Shown: positions 52,038 through 63,500 of the stretch, piece by piece | Position numbering within the stretch: position 1 is the stretch's first letter | Layout: each line of letters starts with the position of its first letter | Assembly: GCA_015680685.1 (NCBI GenBank) | Contig: MNCI01002583.1 | Coordinates: 1-64,000 of the forward strand | DNA length: 64,000 bases | From: Gnetum montanum | Taxonomy: Eukaryota; Plantae; Gnetophyta | Direction of reading: 5' to 3' | Position numbers and translations under genes: made by a program | The notes under the pieces: generated by a model | Databases searched by the model: none | Told to the model about the DNA's origin: nothing | The model's input: the letters and a program-made list of their open reading frames with translations, nothing else

Positions 52038-55000
52038 TCAAATATGGAATGGTTTCAAGAACAAGTGATTGGTCGGATTTGCAAGCTCATGCCCTTCCAT
52101 ATCAACTAACTTGAATGCTTCATTGTCATATGCTTTGGTGACCAAGTAGGACCCTTCCCAATTGGCTGAGAATTTGTCCGGGTGTTCCCGAGCAGCCTTA
52201 AGTACAAGGTCGCCTTCTTTGATAGGGCGCTTATGAATGTCGTGCCGATGGAATTATCGTTGTTGCTTTTGGTACCATTCGATTTGATCGAGTGCATGTA
52301 TGCATTTCTCCTCCACCGAGTCCAAGTCAATGATGTGTAGGTGATTGTTTTATCCTTCATCGAGGAGTCTGGAAAGTGTGATCCTTAAAGACAGTACCTG
52401 TAATTCCAAGGGTAAAACAGCTTCTGAACCATAAACAAGACTATATGGCATTTTACCTATTGAAGTCCGATGCGTAGTGCGGTATGCCCACAGTGCGTAT
52501 ACCAGTTGCTTGTGCCATCTTTTCTTACTTTAGGTAAGCATATTTTTAAGTACTGTAATGATAGTTTTATTTTTGGCCTCTGCTTGCCCATTTCTCAGAG
52601 GGTAGTAAGGGGATGAAAATGAGTTTTTGATCCCCAGACTTTCGTAGAAAGTTTTGGTTTCAACACTGCTGAATTGTGGCCCAGTATCAGTGATGATGGT
52701 CATGGGGATGCCAAAATGGGTCACAATGTTTTCAAGAATGAAGTTGCATACGTGTTTAGATGTAGTTTTTCGAAGGGGAACAACTTCTACTCACTTCATG
52801 AAATACTCTGTCGCGGTTATGATGAAGCTATGCCCTACAGAAGATGAGGGTGTTATTGGTCCGATAAGGTCCAACCCCCACTTTTGAAAGGGCCATGTGA
52901 TTTGCACTGTATGCAACTCATTTGGTGGAACATGGATTAGATTACTATGTCTTTGATAGGTGCTACATGTTTTAGCCTTGGAGAGATAGTCATACTCCAT
53001 ATGTGGCCAATAATAGCCTAAGCGCCTTATTTTTGTTGCCATTGCTTTTGGTGCTATATGTCCTCTGCATAGTCTGTCATGTACTTGCTCAACGATGGTT
53101 TGAGCATCAGTGCTACTAACGCATGTTAGCAATATGCCTTCGTAGGATCGATGACACAAGGTGTCCCCTACCAATGCATATTTCTTAGAACGCTTTTGTA
53201 CCGCGTATTTTTGTGCATTCGTTAAGTGTTGCGGTGTTTCACCGCGTAGGAGGTACTCTTTTATGTCATCATACCATTCTGTCGTGTGTGTTGTACTAAC
53301 ATATGAAATTGGCAATGTATCAAGCGTATCGGTTATGGGTTTCGCATAGTTGATTATGGAGCTTGGCAATGTATAGAACATGCCGGGCGATATGTTTAAC
53401 GCTAGAGTGGCTAGTGCATCTGCAATGGTATTATCGTTTCTGGAGACATGTTGCACGTCTATGTTTTAGAATTGCCTCATTAAGTGTTTGGCTAAGTCAC
53501 AGTATGGTTGTAAATGTTGCGCTTTGCATGTATAAATACTTGTGACTTGGTTCAAAAGCAGTTGTGAATCTCCTCTGACCACTAGTCGTGTGATGTATGA
53601 AGCTAGTGCTGCCACGAGACCTCTAAGGAGACCTTTGTACTCTGCTACGTTATTGGTACAGTGAAAGTTGAAACAATAAGCAAAGGGTCGGATCTCTCCG
53701 GAGGGATAGGTGATGACGGCGGTAGCACTTCCCCCTCAAGAGGTGGATGCTTCATCAAAGTTCAAAATAGCATCGTAGTCATTGGGTACCATGTCTATCA
53801 CACTCACATTTTAATCAGAGAACTCTGGCTCTATCATTGCTTGATCATGTGTTGGTGACACAGTCATTTGATTCGCTATGGCCTAACCCTTAACTGATGA
53901 ATGTGCTATGTAGTGTAGGTCAAACTCAGCTATCATAGCTTTCCAACAGGCTATTCTACTTGATTTGTAAATATTTCTGGTGATGGCTCTGAGCACATTA
54001 TCCTTGCAAATTATGTTAACTTGATTATGGAAGAGATAATGTCGCCATTTTTTTAGAGAGAAGACCAGGGCTAGACATGACCTCTCCACCTTGTTATATT
54101 TCTTCTCATGGGCTACTAATGCATGGGTTAAGTAGTAGACAGGGACTTCGGTTCCATCATCTTGTTTCTGGCAAAGCATGAATGCGATTGACGAATCTGA
54201 AGTGATGAGGTAGATGAAAAATGGTTTACCATTTTGAGGTTGATAAACCGTGGGTAGTTGAATGAGTGCTGCTTTAATATTATCAAATGCTTCCTAGCAC
54301 TATGGAGTCCATTCAAAATGAACATTCTTGCGTAGCAAGTGGTTCATAGGTTTCAGCTTGTCTGTTAGTTTTTCTATGAAACATCTGATGAACTGCAATC
54401 TACCTTGTAGACCTCGAAGTTCAGTAATGGGTGGTTTTAAGTTTGTTATGGTCTTAACTTTATCGGGATCTACTCATATCCCTACTTCTTAGGCTATGAA
54501 TCTAAGCATTTTTCCTATCTTGACTTCGAAGATGCATTTCTTTGGATTAAGTCTCAGCTCATATTTTAAACAATGCTTTAGTACTAGGTCAAGATCTTGT
54601 ACATGTTGTTCTGATGTCTTTGATTTAACCACAATGTCGTCCATGTACTCGTTGAGCGAGTGCAACATGTAATCGCTAAAAATGAATGTCATCACCCTTT
54701 GATATGTGGCCCCAGCATTCTTAAGACCGAAGGGCATGATTGTGTAACAAAAGGTTCCCCATGGTGTCATAAAGGTGGTTCGGAGATGATGCTCCGGGTT
54801 AATGCGTATCTGATTGTATCCTGAGAAGCCATCCATAAAAGATAATAGGGCATGCCCAGTGGTTGAGTCAACAAGTTGATCGATGCTAGGTAGGAGAAAA
54901 TCATCTTTTATGGTTGCAACGTTGAGATCCCGGAAATCAATGCATAAGCGAATACTTCCATTCTTTTTCGGGACAATGACCATGTTGGATACCCAATCGG

Positions 55001-55519
55001 CGTAATCAACAGCCTGAATGAAACCAGCCTGATAAAGTTTGGTGATCTCATTACAAACTGCCAATGCTACCTCAGGTTTAACCTTTCATGCCTTTTGTTT
55101 TACTGACCTCAGTTTTGGATCAAGGATAATGTTGTGCTGGACGATTTGAGGATCTATCCCGGGCATGTCGGTGTAAGACCAAGCGAATGATTTCATGTTG
55201 TTTTGAAGCACATCTTCTATGTCTTTGGGTAGTGGAGGTTGCAAGAGTGTACTTAATTTTAATATTTTGGTTTTACCATTAGGCATAATGATGGGAGTTT
55301 CAGTCAATGGGTCTTCAATGATGTTTTCAGCTTCTATATCAAGGGGCTTTATCATACCTTTGTAGCTATCTAGCGTTTGTTGCATTGAGGCTATGAGTGT
55401 GTCTTCCGTTGATGTACCTAAGTTGATGGAGTTTATGTCGATTTCTCTTGTGATTTTTCCATATGGTCCATCGATGATTAATGGTGCGGATAAATGCTGA
55501 AAATCCATCGGGCTTGCTC
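52038..55519 (-). pseudogene. pol: pol of element D: RT (about 55200-54400), RNase H (about 54230-53880), aRH (about 53760-53390), integrase (about 53290-52038)
   Basis: WVSNMVIVPKKNGSIRLCIDFRDLN, FMDGFSGYNQI, MPFGLKNAGATYQR, YMDD. HDRLCRGH, WPFQKWGLDLIGP, TDTGPQF, NGQAEA. Confidence 0.95.
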
Positions 55520-58500
55520 CTACCAATAAACAGAGAGCAGAATGAGCTAATAGGTATTGTTCCATGTTCTTTGGCAACGTAAATCATGTGCACACGCATG
55601 ATGGTGGTTTATCATCACACTAGGATGCATGGTAGTTTAAGGCCTTACCGGGCCATGGGTGGTAGTTTAAGGCCTTATTGGGCCTTCATGGCAGTTTAAG
55701 GTCATGCCGGGCCGAAGGTGGGCTGCATGTGGCATTTAAGGCCTTATCGAGTCATGATGGTAGTTTAAGGCCATATTGGGCCTTCATGGAAGTTTAAGGC
55801 CATACTGGGTCTCTATAGCATACAGCATAGATGGTTTTAACTATATATAGCATAAATTGTTTTGTCAGTGCATAGCGCAAACAATTTTACCAGTACATGG
55901 CGTAAACGATTTTATTAGTATGAAACCTAGAAGATTTTCACAGTGTATACGCTGACTGTTTTCACAACATATACGCTGATGGTTTCCACAGCATATACGC
56001 TGATGGTTTCCACGGCGTATACGCTAACTATTTTTACAGCGTACAGCGTAAACTATTTTCATAGCGTACAACATAAACTATTTCCATAGTGTTCAGCATA
56101 AACTGTTTGCACAGTGTTCAGCTTAGACAATTTTCTTTACAGCATATACACTGATGGTTTCCATGGCATATACACTGATGATTTTCACATCGTATACACT
56201 GAGCGTAAACAGTTTGTTCTTTTTAGGCGGTGTATAGTGTAGACCTGTTTTCATGGCGTAAACAGTTTTCACAACGTATACGCTAACGGATTTTTACAAC
56301 ATATATGCTGAGCGTGAATAGTTTTATTTCTCTTTTAAACAGCGTATACGCTGAGTGTTTTCAGTCTGTTGATGGCGTATAAAACCAGTGTAAATAGTTT
56401 GTTGTTTTTTGAAGTGTTGGCCTGCAAAATGAAATTTCGTTCGTTCATCTGATTTTCATGTATGGCTGATTTATCGTGGCTTTCTGGTTAGTTGTAGGGA
56501 CACTGAGCCTATCCTCCTGGTAGTTGAGCTAGTTGGGGTGTTGGTGTGGTTTGGCGCCCTTGAGACTGATGAACCTACCCCTGATCTGACTGTTGAAAAC
56601 AATGGGGTATGGTTCAGGGAAGGGGCGTGTGAATTCCTCGCCTTCATCTTGGACAGATTTAAGGTGGTGGTCTGGTCGCATCTGAGCGAACAAGTGGCAT
56701 GGAGCGTGCTGAGGCTATGTTTCTGGGAGCTTTGGAGGACGTCGCGGTCTTCATGGAAGACATTGATGAGGGCTCGCTTGTGATCGAGGATGGTCCCACT
56801 GGTGAGCCCAAATCTACTCGCTCATTAGCACGCCTGTGGGCCCTGTTGCCCTGAGGATGTGATTATCTCAACAACACTTTATTTCTAGCTATACGTGCAC
56901 ACACACTATTCCAGAATCCTCCTGGTACAGTGTACCAGGTAGAGAGGTAATATTTTTTTTAGCTTGTCGTTTCTATCTCTCTTTTTTGTTGTTTAATGTT
57001 TGTCCTTGTTTTGACGATGGTTCTTTTGCAGGCCCCAAGTTAACCAAGAGGGGACATGCGTTAATGATGATGGGCTTGCCCTCGCTCATACTACTCTAGA
57101 GACCTTTATGGCAGGTCCCACCCTTCACGAAGCTGTATTGGCTCAAACCAAGGGTGATATTGTACATTTTCATAAATTATTTTCTAGAGCATTCGCACAA
57201 TGCATAGCTCATGAATGGTTGCATGAAGATTGGTCACATAATGGACCAATTTTCCCTCATGACTCTGACTTGGGTAGCACCTCTAAGTCCACAACTAAAG
57301 GTAAGTGACAACATTTTCTAAATTCTTTAGTTTGTTTATCTGACTGCTGGGGGTTATACTGATGTGACGGTTTCAAATTGTATCTGCAGTTGATGTCCCT
57401 CCCGGCGGAGACCCTATCACAACAGGATGAACTAAGAGTACGCTCTCAATGAAGTTCGGGGAGATCAGTAAGGCATAGAAATGGTTGTGCACCCATGCCC
57501 CGCTGTCCATTGTTCGTTGTTTAGATGATGACGGCCTTATGGAGCTCTTTACAACCCTGAGCCCTGATGTGTCGATAGCCGAAATGATCGGAATTGTTGA
57601 ATCATTCGACAAATCCATCTCTTACTACAACACTCGGATTAAGGGTGTTAAGATAGTCTTCCATCTGTCAGCCGANTTGGTTTTGAAGTTGTGTGCATCA
57701 TGCGAACCATCTTAGAAATGGGGATGCATTATAATTGGGCTCAATTTTTGTTGCCAGGCCTTCATAAGGAGATAGTGCGATTGCGCTCAAATGTTGAGGT
57801 GCAATCCCATTTTACATTTACATTCTTTGCTGGCTACCTTCTACGCTTGGCCGAGTTTCTAGTGGTTTGCACAGACAATAAATATATCCTACGGGATCGT
57901 ACTCAGTTGTCTCATTCGTGGATCAACCATTTGTTTGAGATAGCTGAGTCCCAAGATGCTCCTGAGGGGATTGATGAGTCAGTGTCCATCACGATGGGAT
58001 GGTCATCTGGTACCTCAATCCACACACGTGACAGTGTGGGGTTGGAACTAGATGACATGCCTTATACTACCAAGAGAGCCAAATGTGTCATCAAAGAGAT
58101 AATTGGGAAAGCCAAGTCAAAGCTCTCAAAATGTGAACGCTCAACGGAGGTGGCCTCAAATGTGGAAGAGCCACGAGTGAAGCGCATACAGTTCAAGATG
58201 CCTATCCGAGGTAAGTAGACTTGGTGCACTTATTGCATTGTCCTTTTCGTCTTATTCATAATTTTCATTTTGACCGCTTACATGTAACTAATGCCTTCAG
58301 ACTTAACTCGCGAAGTGAGGAGACAAGAGTTAGAGACCATCATCGAGGAGGAGGAGACTACAATGGAGTTGATAATCGAGGAAGAAGAGGTGGACAAAGA
58401 TCAGGCGGAAGGGACGGAAGAGCTAGGAGAAGACACCACGGAGACGGAACTGGTTGATGATTAGGGTAGTGTTGATGAAATGTTCAGTAGCTTCCTTAAA

Positions 58501-60543
58501 GGAAGATTGGACCTAGGAGAGCCTCCAAACCCGTAAGGGGTCAGAGAAGACGGTATGTTTCCTTTTGTTTTATTGTGTTGCTTTGTGAATAGTTGTCTTC
58601 TATGGTGTTTTACTTTTATTTTTTTATCCCTCCCAGACGAAGGTAGGATAATTCCTACTATGCGGTTGGAAGTGCCCATGAAGGTGGTTCCCCCTGAAAT
58701 GCCCCCTGAGGCTAGTCCACCTCGTACTTGTAGACCATTTTCTTGGATAGAGATGCCAAGTAAAATGGATTTCATTACCGGCATCGTCGACGAGGTGGTC
58801 GAACATATTCAGGAAGCCCACCCTGAGATAGGTACAAATGTTTCGAGTCTTTGGTGGCTTTAGAATTTCACAGCCCTTTTTGTTATCTAATGTTTAATGC
58901 CCGTTCTTTTTGTGTGCATAGGTGCCAAGTTGAAGTGGGACCCATTTCAGACCATTAGCATTGAAAGTTTGCCTACACTGCCCCCAGAAGTTGAACAGGT
59001 ACCCAGGCCGCTCTATGAGGAGGTGGCGGAAGGTCTTGTACATAACGCCAAAGTGTTGTGGACCTGTAGGCATTCCATCAAACAGTTCTAGTTGCAAATC
59101 CAAGCAAAGGAGAAAGAAGTTTCTGAGTTATCGGTTGAGCGTGATGATCACAAGGCTCGTTATGAGTTTGCCTCAGCTAGACTAATAGGCGATCATTCTT
59201 GGCGAACCTCTGTGATTACTTATACTAGGTATTGGAACCTACTCAATCGCCATGCATCACTAACTTGGAAACTAGCAGAGCGTAAGGCCCAAGTAGACCT
59301 ACTAAACCTCAAGTGCCAGGACTGGAAGGCTTTCGCTTCCAAGGTGCGTAAGTGGGGTCAGGATGAGAAGAACCACAAGCACCATTACAAGAAATCGTTG
59401 AAAGAAGTGTCGATTGAAAAGCGTTAGCTTGAAATGTTTGTGGAGGGTCTAGGTCTACGCTCTATGTTTGATACCTTTGCTCAGAATATAATTGTTGAGA
59501 TGGAATCACCTACAAGGGTAATTACAACCGCTTCTTGGGAGGTTTTTGTGGGTGAATTCCCTTTAAAGCGTCCTACCTGGTCGGCTGCTAACAAGGGGAA
59601 GGCCTTGGCAGATGTTGATCTAGGCCTTGATGGGACTGATTGGGCTAGTGTCTCAGAAGAGGAAATCCTCTGCCGATTGGAATTTAGTTTAGGGGGATCC
59701 CCTACGGTAAGTGTTTTGTTATCATGAAATTCGTTCATTGAATAATGTTTGAAGGTTTTCTCTTTTATCCTTATGTTGATTCTTTCTTTTGCATTTTATA
59801 GGATCAAGGCAATGATGATGTTCAGGAAGCTAGCCCCAGTGGAGGGGGGGGCTCATGATGCTAGTGGTTCTAAAGGGGACAATCCTCCTGCCCCTGATGT
59901 TTAATCTTTTCTTTGTAATTATTCTGGCTCACATTCTTACGTGAATTGTAAATTGAATGATTTGAGTTATATTGAACGGATGAATAAAATCAGTTAACTC
60001 TTGTAATTGTACATCATCACTACATGTATATATATTTTTTACTTATATATATTATTTTTTGTTGTGGATTTTGGGTTTGAATGTAAACACGACATGGAAA
60101 TATAAAATGTTTTGGTTTGTTTTTGTAGTTTAAGTGTAGCGCACAAATGTAATTATAAGTAGGAGTGTAATTATAAGTGAAAGATAATTGCAAAAAAGGA
60201 CAACATAATAATGCAAGTGTAAATTCGAACAGTGAACTGGAACTTGGGAGGAAAATAAAGTATAAGTGGATGATCTAGTTTAAGGCCATTTTGGGCCACA
60301 TGCACTAGTTTAAGGCCATCTCGGGCCATGCGTAAACAAGAGAAATTTCAAGTGACATGGGTTGATTTCTTAGGAGACCGATCATTTCTGATTATGGCTA
60401 GTTTTATGTCGTTGCGGACATGATAGTTTAACGTCATTTCAGACAGGGAGGATAGTTTAACATTGTTCCGGACCTTGGCTAGTTTAATGTCATTTCGGAG
60501 AATTTGTGGTTTATTGGTTTAGTAATTTTTTGATTTTTCTCAT
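55520..60543 (-). other. Candidate 5.0-kb PR-RT intron of element D
   Basis: Acceptor TCTCTGTTTATTGGTAG| at 55520. The position equivalent to the B donor reads CAAA|ATGAGA, possibly a decayed AG|GTGAGA. Arrays at 55632-55812 and 60275-60500. Frame compatibility is not established. Confidence 0.55.
56498..59904 (+). pseudogene. Antisense multi-exon accessory gene of D (best preserved copy): FCP1/NIF-like pseudophosphatase domain, middle domain, acidic linker, coiled coil
   Basis: Canonical GT-AG introns at 56947-57031, 57301-57389, 58211-58300, 58553-58636, 58832-58921 and 59707-59801, at the same positions as in C. Reads PILLVVELVGVLVWF...GVWFREGACEFLAFILDRFKVVVWSH...NNTLFL...FQNPPGT. The first exon was not located. 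Confidence 0.85.
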
Positions 60544-63500
60544 TTTGATGTTAGGAGTAGCGTTAGTGGGTATGATTTTATATTCAACGTCCCCTTCGTT
60601 AATCACGTTGAATGGTAATTCAGCCTAAGGGATATCTGATGGAATTATTCTTGCGTTGGTGTTTTCTTGCGCTTCAGCGTGTACTGTGGTTTCTGTGTTA
60701 GTTGTGGTTTCTGAGTGAGGCTGTGTATGTATGATTTCAGGCCCGGGTGTTTCTGTTTTGGGTAGATTTCCCTTTGTGTCTACAAGATTATCACCTACTG
60801 GTTGTTGTTCATTTATATCATGTTGTTTAGGCTCTTTGAGCTTAACCTCCGAGCCTTGGTCTGTATCTATGAATGAGGAGATGATGGGTGTAGCAGCCTC
60901 CCCATGTATAATGATTTCGCCACCTTCATAAGCCAGGTGAATTTCTTGGTGTATAGGGGAAGAGACTGCTTTCAGTTGAGCTAACCAGGGCCTTCCCAAG
61001 ATTAGGTTAAACCCTATCATTTCATCAATTACCACAAAGTCGGCAGATGTGGGGAATTGATCCCCTGCTATGAAGTCTAAAGTCACAGTGCCTTTGACTA
61101 TCATGCGTGACCCACTGAACGATTTCAAGCATGTGGTGGCAATTGGTCTGATTAGCTCTGTGAGCTCCAGTTGTTCGACGATGGGATATGGCACTACATT
61201 TGTGGCAACTCCATCATCTACATGGACCCTATGTATCTTGAATTGGTTTACTCATATTGTTATGAACATTGGGGCTGTTGTTACCTCTCCTTTTTTCTCA
61301 TCCAACTTGATGTTGTCATTATGAAAACTTGATGGCTTGGAAGTTGACCTTTGTGACGAGTACATTACCGCATGAATTGAAGGTTCATTTCGAGGCAAGT
61401 CCTCGCTTACTGGGATAGATGTTAACATGTGCACTAAAGCTTCGAAATGGGTTTGAGATGTCAGCACTAGGTCGTATAAGCTCAGTGAAGTGTTTTTTTG
61501 TTTGAGTGCCTGCGTGACCTATGTTAGAGCTGTTGCTAGATCTCTACTGTTGGGCGTATGTTTGTCGACAGTGAATTGGTCCATTGGGCCCAACAGTTTT
61601 ATTTTGTGCATCGTTGGTTTGTCATTTTTTCTCAGAACTAGTGATTTAGATGTATCATGTTTTCTGGATGATTCTCCCTCATGGCCTGTGTTTGATTTAT
61701 CGTTAGGTGGTGTCATGGATGTTGCGTTTAGCGGGGTAGGTTTAGGAGGTCCTACGGCTATCCGTTGATGCTCCTTTTCCAAGCGTTCGCATGTAAGCTT
61801 ATCTGCTAAGCATTCTCGTGTGTGGCATGGGGGTGCAGTTAGTTTCAGAGCCTCAGGCTATTTTGGGATTCGTACTACGTATGGAGTTGGGTGGGGTTTT
61901 GGTTGGACGGTTGCATGCGGTTGAGTGCCAGGCTGGCTGGGCACCTTGATGACATAAAGGCTAGGTTTATTGTGTGTTTGAGAAATGGAGGATTGGTGAT
62001 CACTAGGATGTTTAGGTGTCCTAATAATGTATGGAGTTGGCCTAGCTAGAGGTTGTACCTCCACTGTTGCGACAGCAGGTGGTACTCGAACTACGTAGGG
62101 AGTTGGTCGCGTAGGAGGTGTTGGTATGTTTACGGTAGTAGCGGTGGGAGGTACACGCACCACGTATGGTTTTTCACATGTCGGGTGTTAGAAGTTGCTA
62201 CGGTGGGGCGTACTCAGACAACATAAGGCTTCTGCGGTGAATATGAAGACTGAGGCACCGATGTTTGTATAGTGGGAGGAATACACACTACAAATGGTTT
62301 TTTAGGCGTTTTCTACTCATGGTCAGAATAGACGGTGTTAATGCTAGGTGTTTTAGGTTTGTTATCAAGGTAGATTGTGTTGATCATGTATGGTGCCTCC
62401 TTGGTATTTAGAGGATCTTTGTACACACCCATGGCCTGGTTTTGTGGTTGGACCGGGTTGGCTTCATCAAAGGTGATCTGACCTCCATCAATCATTCGTT
62501 GGATGTCTTGTTTTAGGGTGAAACAACAATCTGTGCCATGCCCGTTATGTTGGTGATAGTTGCAGAAATGATTCATTCTAAAGCCTTCTGACACTGGGGG
62601 CTCATCTGGCATTGCTAGGCTTGGGTTCTGAACTAGTTGACAGAACTGATCATGCCTCTGGATTGCTGCAGGGGACAACTATTTATGTTTCATTAATCCA
62701 GCCTTCAAGAGTTGGTCAAACAGCTGTGATGGTTTCATGGGTAGTGGTGTGNCTGCTTTGTTGTCCCACATGTGCTAGTTGTGTTTCCGCTACCGCCACT
62801 ATAGTTGTTTTAACTTTTTCTTTGTCTTTTTTACTATGTTGATNCTGCTTTGTTGTCCCACATGTGCTAGTTGTGTTTCCACTACCACCACTATAGTTGT
62901 TTTAACTTTTTCTTTGTCTTTTTTACTATGTTGATTCTTAAAAGCTGAATATGCAGGATCATGGCTATTTTTTGCTTCCTCCTCTATGTTCTTTATTTGT
63001 ATAAATGCTTGACTCAGCGTGCACACATTGAGATAGTATAGCTTGGATTTGAAANTCCTCCTCTATGTTCTTTATTTGTATAAATGCTTGACTCAGCGTG
63101 CACACATTGAGATAGTATAGCTTGGATTTGAAAAAATCATTAACAGCCTCTTTTAGGATGGTGAGGAGATACGTCTCTGGGATCGGCTCATGGAGCTCAT
63201 TGGGAGCAGCACTCCACCGTTGGATAAATTTTTGGATAGGTTCAAGTGGTGCTTGTTTGACCTATATGAGGCTATCTAGCATTGCTTCGGGCTTCAAGTT
63301 ATACGTGAATATGGTGATGAATTGGTGCAAAAAATCTTCTAGAGAAGATATTGAGTTCCGTGGTAAGGCCCGATACCAATCAAGTGCTCTCCCAGCGAGG
63401 GACATGGGGAACACTCGTAAAATGACATGTGGCCATGCCTGAAGTAGTGCGCACTCTAGTATGAACGTTATGAGGTGAGCGTTGGGGTCTATCTCCCTGT

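Noticed and set aside
57670-57700. Apparent deletion of about 300 bp and frameshift in exon 4 of the D antisense gene
   Set aside because: It coincides with the N at 57676 and is probably an assembly gap.
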